A stretch of DNA of 64,000 bases from Cyanobacteria bacterium P01_A01_bin.123 (GCA_039815185.1 JBCBZT010000029.1:38217-102216), one strand, 5' to 3'. Counted from the first letter of the stretch, positions 29,867-40,929 are shown. Notes: a model not told the origin generated them from the sequence alone. Numbers and translations are program-made.

Positions 29867-29910
29867 GACACAAAGTCAAGACAAACTCAGCACAAAGTCA
29901 GGACAAGTTT
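29867..29910 (+). promoter_or_regulatory. Four 11-bp direct repeats upstream of RTX gene 2
   Basis: Exact copy of 27640-27683. Confidence 0.6.
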
Positions 29911-30385
29911 AATCTGAAATTCAACGCATTCTTTGTGATGATAAAAGAGCGTTGATTCATCAGTTTAATCTCATTATTGAAACAATTTGACCACGATTTA
30001 CAGTGCCTATATAGTTCTCCAGAACTTGGCTACGCTTAGAAGCTGGGCAGATCCCCCCTTCCCCCTTGCAAAGGGGGGCAACCCCTATCCCGATTGGAAT
30101 AGCCCCCTTTGCAAGGGGGCGGTGACAGCGGGGGATCGTCAGCATCCATCGCCGCACTTCTGAGATTTGGTATTACTTCAAGGTCTCATAAACGGCTTTA
30201 GCGTTAACAGAACTGTGCATGTTTTAAGGAGCTGAAATCATAGCGCTGATCGACACCTGTCGTGCATAAACCATCGCTCTCCCTTTTAATGAATTGCAGC
30301 GATGGGGTGCCTTCTCTACCAGCAGCTTAACCCCAAGGCTGATGGCCTTAAATAACTATCCCAAAAGTTTCTAAGGAGCAAATCT

Positions 30386-31615
30386 ATGACTATTCTTCTA
30401 ACCCCCATCACACGAAGACCGATGGATGAGCAGGATGTTTTCGTTTCACTCGTTGCTGACCCTATCGTCAACCCTATGGATGAGCAGCGTGTTCTAAATC
30501 CACTCTTTGCTGCCCCTGTTGTTGCTAACCATGAGACAAAGTTTGAGCTGCCAGCGGACGATTCCCCCTTGGGATTGTCTGGTGAGCAAAACGACCTTCT
30601 TTTGAAGAAGGAACCAGTCAAAGGTGGCGGGCTTCCCATCTTTGACCCCAACAACGATGTTGCCACTCTGATTTTAGGCACTAGTGGCGATGACTTTATC
30701 CCTGGTTCCTCCGGTGACGATGAAATCCATGGGTATGAGGGAGACGATGACCTCTTCGGTGTGGCCGGAAACGATACGATTTTTGGTGGCGAAGGCAATG
30801 ATGACATTTACGGTGGCGAGGGCGATGACATCGTAGAGGGAGGCCAAGGCAATGACGATATTGCCGGTGACGAAGGTAATGACATCCTTCGGGGTGGCGA
30901 AGGCGATGACCACGTTTACGGTGACGATGGCAATGACGTCATTAGAGGTGGCGAGGGCAATGACAACCTTTACGGTAATGATGGCAATGACGACCTGAGA
31001 GGTGGTGCAGGCAATGACAGGCTCTATGGTGGCAATGGCGGCGATGACTATCTTGAGGGTGGCGATGGCGATGACTACCTTGACGCTGGTGGCAATGGCA
31101 ATAATGAAGCTTACGGTGGCGCTGGTAATGACGAGATTTACGGTTCTGGCACGCTCTATGGTGGCACTGGCAATGATTACTTGTTCGCCTATGAACATAA
31201 CACCACCCTCCACGGCGAAGATGGCAATGACACCCTGATCGGGTCTTCTTCTGGGGCTGATTTGCTAGTCGGCGGCACTGGGGCTGACCGCTACGACGGG
31301 AAAGGGGGGGGCGACATTTACGAGTCCACCGCAGATGGTGCCCAGGATACGTTTGTAGTCCGTAACTATGGTGACGGCAACCCCGTTGATATTCACGGCT
31401 TCCAGCTGATGAATGATCCAGCCGATACCACCCACGACATCCTTGAGCTGGACCTCGGCTTAGATTATTACATCATCGAGCACATCAACACGGTCGGCGT
31501 CGCAGACCAAACCGACACCCTGATCAAAAGTTCGTCTTCTGGCGATGCGTTAGCGATATTGGTAGATGTGGAGATACCAATTCTGCCAAACAACCCCTAC
31601 ATCAATATGGTCTAG
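30386..31615 (+). CDS. RTX Ca2+-binding repeat protein 2 (tandem paralogue)
   Basis: GGxGxD repeats; N- and C-termini closely similar to 28164-29441 (e.g. DIHGFQLMNDPADTTHDI, NPYINMV). Confidence 0.92.
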   Translation: MTILLTPITRRPMDEQDVFVSLVADPIVNPMDEQRVLNPLFAAPVVANHETKFELPADDSPLGLSGEQNDLLLKKEPVKGGGLPIFDPNNDVATLILGTSGDDFIPGSSGDDEIHGYEGDDDLFGVAGNDTIFGGEGNDDIYGGEGDDIVEGGQGNDDIAGDEGNDILRGGEGDDHVYGDDGNDVIRGGEGNDNLYGNDGNDDLRGGAGNDRLYGGNGGDDYLEGGDGDDYLDAGGNGNNEAYGGAGNDEIYGSGTLYGGTGNDYLFAYEHNTTLHGEDGNDTLIGSSSGADLLVGGTGADRYDGKGGGDIYESTADGAQDTFVVRNYGDGNPVDIHGFQLMNDPADTTHDILELDLGLDYYIIEHINTVGVADQTDTLIKSSSSGDALAILVDVEIPILPNNPYINMV

Positions 31616-32043
31616 TCGTCAGTTGGGTCGGCGCTGACAATAAGTAGGTTGTCCTAATTATGTTTCAGATACCGAGGCCCCTTCCGTCCCCCAATACTGG
31701 GGGAGACTAGACTTAAAGCCCGCAGTATTCGGGGTTTGGAGGCTTGTACGAGGAAGCAAAACATCTGATCTTCTATCTCATAAACGATTACGCTAACCCA
31801 CTTAACGGTTTGGTTGAGGTATTGCCTCCGGTAAGACCGCTTCTTCAAAACTGGACTACGTTTAGCAGCTAGCAAGATCCCCCCTTCCCTCCCAAGCCCT
31901 GTGGGCAGGCTACGCCAAGAAAAAAGGAGGCAAGTCCCATCCCAGTTGGAATAGCTTCCTTTGCAAGGGGGCAGCGACATCGGGAGATCTTCTGATTGGG
32001 CATCCCTACGACGGATAGTCATTGCAAATGTCACTGAATAACC

Positions 32044-32579
32044 ATGAATTCTGTTTTAGACTCTTCGCTTCAGTTTGCTGAAATTGAGAAACTGCAATTA
32101 CAGCAACGCTATGCCGATGCAGAAATACTCTGCAATCAACTGCTAGAAAAACTCTCCTCTGAGCCAATTGATCTAGCCGTTCAGCTCAGACTTCATAGCT
32201 ATCTATTCACCAGCTTAGAAGCCCAAGCTCGCTACCCCGAAGCCCAAAATCAACTAGAGGTTGCACAAAGTATCTTGAGTGCGTTAGAGCAAGTTACCCC
32301 GCTCAGATTTCGCGTAAATCGTACCAACTCCATCTAGACCTGCTCGGCCCAGACCATGGGCAAACCGTTGCCGATGGAGCAGCGCTAGCGGCGATTCTAC
32401 ATGGGTTGAGCCAATGGGATGAGGCAGTTCCACACTTTGAGACTGCTATCGCCTCTGGGCCAGGCGGTCATCAGTGCGCCCTGCGTCCTGGGATGACGGG
32501 CCGCGCTGACATCGTGACCCATGAAAAAACGGTACTCACATTTTTGTTGCGGAAGGCCAAACGTCTGACCGATTTGTGA
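32044..32579 (+). pseudogene. Frameshifted TPR gene joined to the last ~36 codons of an HlyD-family adaptor
   Basis: Frame 1 TPR helices (QARYPEAQNQLEVAQ); second frame YQLHLDLLGPDHGQTVADGAALAAILHGLSQWDEAVPHFETAIA continues in frame into QCALRPGMTGRADIVTHEKTVLTFLLRKAKRLTDL*. Confidence 0.75.
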
Positions 32580-33215
32580 AGGGTATCCACTTAGGTTTTC
32601 TCGGGGGCAAAAACAAACGCACTAGCAACCAATTGTATTCCTGTATCGACTGAAGTCATCGTAAACGTGATAATTCATTGAAGTTTACTTATGCTTTTAA
32701 TCAGAGAAAAGCGAAAGCATAAACTTTAGTATCAGGATTGGAAATTAATCTTTTTGGGGAGTACTCTAATAAATAAGAAGTGAACAGCTTCGAGTCCGAG
32801 CCAGTTACTCAGTCAACGTTAGAGAGGAGGTTAGACATCGATTTAACGTCTGAGATAGATTCGCAAAACGTGACAGCACCCAATCAGCTTTTTGATATTT
32901 CCTATTTGTTGTAGCTGAGAGAAATGCGAAGGATATAGTGGAGCGATCAACTCCGAGCTAACTATATTTGAGTATCTCTATATAGGCTTCTTAAATGTGA
33001 GGAAAGTATTCAGAAAAGCAGTTCTGGGTGCTGTCGTTGTTTTTATCAATAAATCGGACTGACTACTATTAAATTTCTTGCTTTGGCCTAGTCATAGGTT
33101 AATATTTTTATTTCTTTCATCTCAACAGCAGTGCGGTAGGTTCAAAAAACCCTGGGTAAACTGATTTCAAGGTTTGCTAAGGAATTCATGCGCTGTTTAG
33201 TCTGAGGTTCAATGC

Positions 33216-34226
33216 ATGTGGAACTACGTCGATGAGACCAATCAACAGCAAAAAGCCACAGGGGTAGAACTCCGTCAACTGATCTCCCAAGGTATTGTCA
33301 ACAAAGACACGATGGTCTGGACTCAAGGGATGTCAGAGTGGCAACCTGCGATCGCCGCCGTACCTAACTTATTTCAAAAAACTGCACCTGTGGCACCACC
33401 ACCACCGCCCATGAACAGGGGCCAACGTGATCGTCGCACCGACGAGATTGACTATGAAATCTTCGGCGACGATATGCAGATTGTTGAAGTAGAACTAGAC
33501 CCCCATGAAACCGTTGTTGCCGAAGCTGGGGCGATGAACTATATGGAAGACGGCATCACCTTTGAACCCCGTATGGGTGACGGTTCCCAAGCCGCCACAG
33601 GCGGACTGATGGGAATGATCAAAAACGTTGGTCAGCGGGTTTTAACTGGCGAATCTATTTTCATGACCCATTTCACCAACACAGCCTCCAGCAAGCGCCG
33701 CGTCGCCTTTGCCGCACCCTATCCAGGCAGCATTATTCCTGTGCATCTAAATGAAATTGGCGGTGAAATTACCTGCCAGAAAGACGCGTTTCTTTGTGCG
33801 GCTAGAGGCACACAGCTGTCCATTGCGTTTAATAAACGTTTGGGAGCTGGTTTTTTTGGCGGCGAGGGCTTTATTTTGCAGCGCTTACGGGGTGAAGGGC
33901 TGGCGTTTTTACATGCGGGTGGCACCGTGATCAAACGCGAACTCAAAAACGATACCCTACGCCTTGATACAGGCTGCCTAGTGGCCTTTAGCCCCGGCAT
34001 CAATTACGGTATTGAGCAGGCAGGCAACCTAAAATCAATGTTCTTTGGGGGTGAAGGGCTATTTTTAGCCACGCTACAGGGCACAGGTACTGTTTACCTG
34101 CAGAGCTTACCCTTTTCTCGATTGGCTGATCGCATTCTCCAACACGCCCCAACGACAGGGGGTAGTTCAGTCGGTGAAGGTTCAGTATTAGGCGAGCTAG
34201 GCAGGTTGCTAGATGGTGATAATTGA
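33216..34226 (+). CDS. AIM24/TIGR00266 family protein with N-terminal GYF_2 domain
   Basis: [49 protein letters not shown]. Confidence 0.92.
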   Translation: MWNYVDETNQQQKATGVELRQLISQGIVNKDTMVWTQGMSEWQPAIAAVPNLFQKTAPVAPPPPPMNRGQRDRRTDEIDYEIFGDDMQIVEVELDPHETVVAEAGAMNYMEDGITFEPRMGDGSQAATGGLMGMIKNVGQRVLTGESIFMTHFTNTASSKRRVAFAAPYPGSIIPVHLNEIGGEITCQKDAFLCAARGTQLSIAFNKRLGAGFFGGEGFILQRLRGEGLAFLHAGGTVIKRELKNDTLRLDTGCLVAFSPGINYGIEQAGNLKSMFFGGEGLFLATLQGTGTVYLQSLPFSRLADRILQHAPTTGGSSVGEGSVLGELGRLLDGDN

Positions 34227-34245
34227 GGTTCTGCCACGATGTGGT

Positions 34246-34818
34246 TTAGACCTTTTTCACCATCAGAATGGCATCCCCCGTATAGTGAATCAGCGGGTGG
34301 GGCACAATCGCTTCACGGGCAGTTTCGACATATCCCAGACGATCGTACAGGCGCTTAGCCACAACATTTTGCTCAAAAACGATTAGGCTTAGCTTGCTAA
34401 ACCCTTTTGTAATTGCCTGGGCTTCTGCGACCTTCATCATCTGGGTACCAATGCCTTGCTTTCGATACTCTGGAAATACGGCTATTCCGCAGACGTAGTA
34501 GCTATTGTCGGCTTCCAACTTGCTGTAGGGTACTAATACAGGGTCTTCCTCCGGTTCCGCATCTGCATCGACCACCATGGGAAAAGCAACCAACATGCCC
34601 GCGATCGCGCCATCCTGAACTGCCAAAGTGCAGTTTTGATAGCTGAAGAGTGTATTTTCCCGTTCATAACGCTGCTGACCAACAGCCAGTAAATCTTCAC
34701 CGGGTTGCGCAAGTTTTGACCAGATATAATCAGCGACCCCATCAGACGAAATCCTGTAGAGAGAAGCAATGATTCGACAGTCTGGCTTTTGGGCTGCTCG
34801 GAAGCGTATCGTACTCAT
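34246..34818 (-). CDS. GNAT family N-acetyltransferase
   Basis: IAVFPEYRKQGIG motif A, N..AKRLYDRLGY; probable start MSTIRFR. Confidence 0.9.
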   Translation of the reverse strand: MSTIRFRAAQKPDCRIIASLYRISSDGVADYIWSKLAQPGEDLLAVGQQRYERENTLFSYQNCTLAVQDGAIAGMLVAFPMVVDADAEPEEDPVLVPYSKLEADNSYYVCGIAVFPEYRKQGIGTQMMKVAEAQAITKGFSKLSLIVFEQNVVAKRLYDRLGYVETAREAIVPHPLIHYTGDAILMVKKV

Positions 34819-34952
34819 GGGATAATCCTCGTTCGTCTCTTTGAGCCTGAAGCCCATGCCACACTCTAGAGATAAATCGAGAAGAAACCGGGAAAGCCCC
34901 AACTCACAAATGAGCCTCCAACATGAGTATAAGAAGGCGGAAAGTCATTTCC

Positions 34953-35432
34953 TTAAAGATCTAATGGGGGTGGATAGGGCTTGGCAAAGGTGAAACAGTC
35001 AGGGGAATCTCTATGTAACGTCAGATGCTCTAGTTTTGTCTTACCTTCCTCAACCGTGGGCCAATGTCCAGAAGGAACCCACCACATGGCAAAGTGTTCG
35101 CCCTGGTATTTCTCAAACCATTGGCGACGGCGAATGAAAAAATCACCGTGTAGGCTTTTGTACACGTAGGCTCTGAGTGATGCTACAGTCTCCCAGACTG
35201 AAATATTGACCAGCATTTTCGGATTATCGTAGGCATGAATATCGGTGGCATTGCCTGACGCGGTTTTGAGTCGCCATACAAACCCTGGACTTTGATCGGC
35301 AACTGTATTGACGTCATCAAGCGCCGCTGCGAACTCAGCCATAATCGGATCATCAAGAGGGGCTTTCATCAAGGCAACATTGATCTGAGCCAGATAATGG
35401 GCTTGTGGATATTGAACTAAGTTTGGGGTCAT
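34953..35432 (-). CDS. DUF3291 family protein
   Basis: LAQINVA, ADQSPGFVWRL, VNISVWE, RRRQWF, MWWVP..H.PT. Confidence 0.88.
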   Translation of the reverse strand: MTPNLVQYPQAHYLAQINVALMKAPLDDPIMAEFAAALDDVNTVADQSPGFVWRLKTASGNATDIHAYDNPKMLVNISVWETVASLRAYVYKSLHGDFFIRRRQWFEKYQGEHFAMWWVPSGHWPTVEEGKTKLEHLTLHRDSPDCFTFAKPYPPPLDL

Positions 35433-35476
35433 TGTTGCTTACCTAAACCATGCCCCGGAGTATCTAACCCATAGGA

Positions 35477-36316
35477 TTAGCCTGTCTTGAAGGATGTTGA
35501 CATCTTGCGATAGTGACCGGGTGTAACGCCGAAGATGCGCTTGAAGTGACGTGTTAGGTGACTTTGATCTGACATGCCCACTGCGATCGCGGCCTCTGCA
35601 ACCGCCATTCCTTGCTCTAAAAACTGCCTTGCTTTGCGTACTCGAATTTGCGTTAAATAGGCATAGGGAGGCATACCCACCGCTTGACGAAATACACGAA
35701 TTAAATAAGATCGGTTGAGTTGTGTCAGCTCGACCAGTTGCGCTAAGGCAATATCAGCACTGAAGTTGTCGTCCAGATAGGCCTTAACTAAATCAACGGC
35801 ACGGTGCTCTTTGCCCAGCCGATGCGATCGCGTTTTAGCATCCCCATAATGAAGCAGGATGGCAGATAAAATTTCAACCAGCAAGGATTGTTTTTCCAGC
35901 CGAGAATTGGACTGTTCCAGGGCTGTATGAAGCGTAAAAACACTGTAAGTCAAATCTGGGTTTTCAACCACCGCATCTCTAAAGTATGGGGCACCAGCAA
36001 TTTGAGCCTCATGTGCAATTTGATGTACTAGCTCAGGACTGGGATAAAGCATTCGATAGGTTAATGGCAGTCCCTCGGCAGAGTAGCCCGTGTGGGCTTC
36101 TTCTGGATTCATAAAGACAACGCTCTTAGGCGGGGCTAAGTATGTTGTTCCCTGATAATAATTGCCGCCGACACCAGCCTCAATGATACCGATTGAGTAA
36201 CCTGGATGGGCATGACGGGCATAGCTGTAGCACATGGAATCTGCACGAAACAACTCCAAGTTGTCGAACTCTGGCATCAATATCAGCTTTGCTTTTGAAT
36301 GATTTAAATGACCCAT
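35477..36316 (-). CDS. AraC family transcriptional regulator
   Basis: Cupin ARHAH; C-terminal GMSDQSHLTRHFKRIFGVTPGHY. Confidence 0.95.
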   Translation of the reverse strand: MGHLNHSKAKLILMPEFDNLELFRADSMCYSYARHAHPGYSIGIIEAGVGGNYYQGTTYLAPPKSVVFMNPEEAHTGYSAEGLPLTYRMLYPSPELVHQIAHEAQIAGAPYFRDAVVENPDLTYSVFTLHTALEQSNSRLEKQSLLVEILSAILLHYGDAKTRSHRLGKEHRAVDLVKAYLDDNFSADIALAQLVELTQLNRSYLIRVFRQAVGMPPYAYLTQIRVRKARQFLEQGMAVAEAAIAVGMSDQSHLTRHFKRIFGVTPGHYRKMSTSFKTG

Positions 36317-36456
36317 ATTAGGGATAAAAATGCACGAATCTTTGGCCGCCCGAGAAAAATATTTAATGTATTAATCAGCGAAATGTCCATGTGGGTAGCG
36401 CTTTAATATCACAAACGTTTTCTTTCCGCGACAATCAGGGTTGCCATTAATTCCCT

Positions 36457-37083
36457 TTATGTCGGGCGCTTAGCCATCAATGCATAGATGCCCGCAGCCG
36501 AGAGTAATGAGCCGCCTGCGATGTTGAAACCTCTTTGGGCTCGGCGAGTTGATAAAACGCTGCGAGCTGATGCCGCAAATATCGTGCAAAGCGTCACGTT
36601 GAGCACGGCCATCGTGATGAAGGTAATGGCGAGGATCCACAGCTGAAGGGTGACATTGGCGTTGGGGTTTGTGAACTGCGGCAAAAAAGCCACATAGAAC
36701 ACAATGCCTTTGGGGTTGAGGGCTGAGACCAGATAGGTATTGAGAAATAGTCGCCGCCGAGAGCTGGCTGGCACTTGCATAGCCCACTGAGTTGGTGAAA
36801 CCCCCGCCCGCAGCAGTTTGATGCCGAGGTAAAGGATGTACAACCCCCCTATCCACTTCACAATGCCAAACCAAAATGCAGACGTTGCTAGGAGGGCTCC
36901 CAAGCCCAGTAGTGACAAAATCAACGCCGTTGAGTCACCGAGGGCCACGGCTGCAATTAGGGGTAGATTGGCGCGGCGACCATGGGCCAAAGCGTAACTG
37001 ATCACAGTCAGCACAGTTGGGCCGGGGATGATCAACAGCAGGGCCGAGGCGATGACAAACGCAAACCAAAGTTCGATAAACAT
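36457..37083 (-). CDS. LysE/RhtB family exporter
   Basis: IPGP, KWIGGLYILYLG, ALNPKGIVFYVAFLPQF. Confidence 0.95.
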   Translation of the reverse strand: MFIELWFAFVIASALLLIIPGPTVLTVISYALAHGRRANLPLIAAVALGDSTALILSLLGLGALLATSAFWFGIVKWIGGLYILYLGIKLLRAGVSPTQWAMQVPASSRRRLFLNTYLVSALNPKGIVFYVAFLPQFTNPNANVTLQLWILAITFITMAVLNVTLCTIFAASARSVLSTRRAQRGFNIAGGSLLSAAGIYALMAKRPT

Positions 37084-37384
37084 GGGCTTTTGTTTCTAAG
37101 GGTCAATAAGACATCAGGAACAAGAGACTATGGCGCGTCATCTAAACGCAGAAAGATTTACGGCTGAGCCTTGCCACGCCCGCCCCAACTAAACGAGCTA
37201 GGGGCTATAACCGCTGTTCTGCAAGTAATGAACGATTTGACTGATGACAGCCCCTAGTAAGTCGCTATCACCGTCAAATCGATGAATCGTTTGTCATCTC
37301 CTGTTCCTTCCTACATTCATCAAGAATCTGCTCAGTTTTGGCTCGGAAATTTACAAATCTAAAGATTAAGGGTTGTTCGTCAGG

Positions 37385-37582
37385 TCATTGCATAGAACCA
37401 CAGGGGCAAAGGTCATTATTCCCTAGCTTTTCTTGGAGTTCTTTATCGCCATGTACAACTCGATGACCCCGCTTTACTGCTCGCTCAGAAGGATAGCCTC
37501 GGCGGCGTTTGCTTGAAGGTTCAAAAGTTAAAGGCTTCAAGATTTTCGAAGTCTCTAAATCCGTCGCTTGCAAATTCATCAT
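37385..37582 (-). CDS. SEC-C motif small protein, C-terminally truncated
   Basis: [12 protein letters not shown] then MQ*; the distal K-x-CC ligands are missing. Confidence 0.65.
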   Translation of the reverse strand: MMNLQATDLETSKILKPLTFEPSSKRRRGYPSERAVKRGHRVVHGDKELQEKLGNNDLCPCGSMQ

Positions 37583-37634
37583 CGAGTTTGGAATTTGGAT
37601 TAATGGGTTCCATAGGTCTTACCTCTAATGAAAT

Positions 37635-38378
<744 letters not shown>

Positions 38379-38461
38379 CTAATGTCTGATTAACTCGATT
38401 TCTTAGGGGTCAGGTTTTAGAAAGTGCATTGTGGCGTTTGTTTTAGAGGAAGACAATATTT

Positions 38462-38479
38462 ATACTACAAATGTAGTAT
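38462..38479. promoter_or_regulatory. Palindromic operator-like site
   Basis: ATACTACA-AA-TGTAGTAT, 90 bp upstream of the 38372 start. Confidence 0.55.
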
Positions 38480-38628
38480 TTTGCAGCACAAATGTCAAGC
38501 GTGTACTACATAGCCCGCCATCCGACTGCTGCATCATCATCAAAAAGCCAACTTGCTAAAACGTAGTGGTTATGAGTATGATTTATTTAATGGAATTATT
38601 GCTGTCTTCGCACTCCATAGGAGGTTCC

Positions 38629-38766
38629 ATGAACAGCGCAAAACGACCTGATAAACCTCGACGGCTTACCCAGGGTGAACTAGTCGCGATCGCCCTATTG
38701 TTTGTCGGCATCAGGGTTAGCTCAAATCATCTGTCTGACTTGCTGTTGAGCCACTTTAGCCATTAG
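38629..38766 (+). CDS. Small hypothetical membrane peptide
   Basis: AGGAGG RBS; basic N-terminus and one hydrophobic stretch. Confidence 0.35.
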   Translation: MNSAKRPDKPRRLTQGELVAIALLFVGIRVSSNHLSDLLLSHFSH

Positions 38767-39043
38767 CATGCAGGGCTAAAACCCTTTGCGCGATCGCGTA
38801 ATTTACGGCTTCATAGCTGGAGCGAAAAGACATGATGTGGCGATCGCCTTTAAACCAGACATACAGGCCATAGAAGTCTTCCCCGTGAATCAGGTGGGTG
38901 TCGTTATTTGAGGCAACTAGCTGCCAGTAGTGGTACCCACTGAGGATGCCAGGTAAACCACCTTTCCAGGCTAAGCGTTGGTTCGGCTCAAAATCTACAA
39001 TCTTGACTTGAAATGTATATTGTGAGCCAGAGCCAATATATAG
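38756..39043 (-). pseudogene. 5'-truncated SRPBCC (polyketide cyclase/START-like) gene
   Basis: Not in ORF track. Startless open frame YTFQVKIVDFEPNQRLAWKGGLPGILSGYHYWQL...THLIHGEDFYG...SYEAVNYAIAQRV. Confidence 0.7.
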
Positions 39044-39646
39044 TTAAGCAAACGGTAGCGGCTCAAAGTGCTGATTCAGATGAGCTTCAAATCGAATGAA
39101 ATCGTTCTCAATGTCGGGGTTTTTCATCACGTCAAAACAAGCGAAGGTCGCCATCGGTTGCATGCCAAAGAACTTAAAGTTCAAATGCATCGGCCAAAAC
39201 AAATCGTCTAGCCCCTTACCTTCGAAAAGCCACTGATTCGGATCATCAAAGGCCGCTTTAGGCGCATTCAAGGTGAGGGAGAGCATGTATTTGGTTTTGG
39301 TTAAGGTGCCCCCAGTGCCATATTGCTGGCTAGGGTCTTGACGACTTCTACCGTCGCCATTGCAAAGCTGTCCACCCATACCAGCGGAATAAACGGTGTC
39401 CATATAACGCTTGAAGCTCCAAGGCACTTCCATCCAATTCACTGGGCTTTGCAGAATCAGCGCATCAGCCCATTGATGGTTTGCCAACTCCTGTTCGACA
39501 TCGTAATCGTCTTTCATCGTGGTAATTCTGATGTCATAGCCTTTCTGGGTCAGATGGGTCTTGGCCTTATCGACTAACGTGGCATTGAGCTTTCCCTCTG
39601 AGAAAGGATAGGCTTCGTGAGCATTGATGATAAAAACGTTCTTCAT
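39044..39646 (-). CDS. NAD(P)H:quinone oxidoreductase, MdaB/flavodoxin-2 family
   Basis: [42 protein letters not shown]. Confidence 0.92.
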   Translation of the reverse strand: MKNVFIINAHEAYPFSEGKLNATLVDKAKTHLTQKGYDIRITTMKDDYDVEQELANHQWADALILQSPVNWMEVPWSFKRYMDTVYSAGMGGQLCNGDGRSRQDPSQQYGTGGTLTKTKYMLSLTLNAPKAAFDDPNQWLFEGKGLDDLFWPMHLNFKFFGMQPMATFACFDVMKNPDIENDFIRFEAHLNQHFEPLPFA

Positions 39647-39704
39647 GGCAGATTCTTTCGTGAGGATAGGATGTTGGAGTAGAGCAAAATCGCAGCCTCA
39701 TATC

Positions 39705-40403
39705 TTAAAAACGAGAAGCATTTTCAGCCTGAGAGGTGGCTTCATCGCCGTTGCCAAAAAATGCCGGAAAAGGTTTGGGAATGGTGACAGCCTTTTGGGT
39801 GGCGGGGCGGGCATCAATGCGATCAAACCAGGCGTTCAGGTTGTCCAGACCTTCGACCGAAACTTTGGCCCAGGGGTAAGACCGCGCCCAGGGATACATC
39901 GCCATATCAACAATGGTGAAATCGTCGCTGAGTAAGTAGGCTTTGCCCGCGAGCTGTTTGTCCAACACCTCTAACAGTCGTCTGGACTCGTTCACAAAGC
40001 GCTCGATCGCGTATGGGTCTTCATTACCCTTGGGGGCCGCGATACGCTGAAAGTACATAGCCTGGCCCATCATGGGGCCAATACCGGACATTTGGAACAT
40101 CAGCCATTGCAACGCTTGCGACCTTGCCTTGTCACTCGTAGGCAGAAACTTCTGGTATTTCTCCGCCAGATACCAAAGAATTGCGCCAGATTCAAAGACA
40201 ACAAAATCATCATTGCCGCGATCGACAATAGTCGGAATGCGACCATTGGGATTGAGCTGCATATACCACTCAGACTTCTGCTCTTTTTTTCCAAAGTCGA
40301 TATAGGTCAGTTCGTACTCGACCTCAGCTTCTTCGAGAAAAATGACGGGCTTCCAGCCATTCATAGTGGAGGCGGTGTAGAGATGGATATCGGGGATCGG
40401 CAT
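39705..40403 (-). CDS. Glutathione S-transferase, YfcG-like
   Basis: TMNGWK, NPNGRIPTI, FESGAILWYLAEK, GPMMGQA. Confidence 0.95.
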   Translation of the reverse strand: MPIPDIHLYTASTMNGWKPVIFLEEAEVEYELTYIDFGKKEQKSEWYMQLNPNGRIPTIVDRGNDDFVVFESGAILWYLAEKYQKFLPTSDKARSQALQWLMFQMSGIGPMMGQAMYFQRIAAPKGNEDPYAIERFVNESRRLLEVLDKQLAGKAYLLSDDFTIVDMAMYPWARSYPWAKVSVEGLDNLNAWFDRIDARPATQKAVTIPKPFPAFFGNGDEATSQAENASRF

Positions 40404-40562
40404 AGGAGGTTCCTGGCTGGCGATGACTCAAGATTTGAAAGGATACGCAGTAGTAAATAGCCCATCAGGGATGGGATCCATGACATTTGCTGCTGACGTG
40501 ACTTAACATAATCAGACTAGTCACTAGAGTCAACCAGTTTACTTTTAGTAACCACCCATCCC

Positions 40563-40925
40563 ATGAGCACTTCTTTAGGAATCACCACTGATGACCAAGG
40601 CCGTAAATACGTCTCAGAGCCTTGTCTAGAACCCTGCCCCATAGAGCGCGGCATGCGGTTTTTGGGGGGTAAATGGAAGGGGTCGATTCTCTGGCATCTC
40701 AAAGATGGCCCGGTACGCTTCAATGATTTAGCGCGTCAACTGGGCGGCGCTAGTAAAAAGATGGTGGTGCAGAGACTCCGTGAAATGGAAGAGACAGGCT
40801 TAGTTACCCGTGAGGTAGTGAGCGATCGCCCCATTGCAGTCACCTATGAAATCACCGAGTTTGGCAAGACTGCTTTGAGTTTTCTGGAAGCGCTTAAAAA
40901 CTGGGCAGAACAGCACCAGATTTAG
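40563..40925 (+). CDS. HxlR family winged-helix regulator
   Basis: CPIE...GGKWK..IL...RFNDL, V.YEITEFG; divergent from GST. Confidence 0.93.
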   Translation: MSTSLGITTDDQGRKYVSEPCLEPCPIERGMRFLGGKWKGSILWHLKDGPVRFNDLARQLGGASKKMVVQRLREMEETGLVTREVVSDRPIAVTYEITEFGKTALSFLEALKNWAEQHQI

Positions 40926-40929
40926 ACTG

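Noticed and set aside
26870..31990. Recurrent CCCCCTTGCAAAGGGGG palindromes as a CRISPR array
   Set aside because: Irregular spacing, no unique constant-length spacers and no cas genes; they fit REP/MITE-type repeats.
38462..38479. LexA or NtcA box
   Set aside because: Does not match AGTAC-N4-GTACT-like or GTA-N8-TAC patterns; left unassigned.
38629..38766. Sixth double-glycine peptide (LTQGELVAIA)
   Set aside because: No GG/GA cleavage site follows and it lies outside the array.
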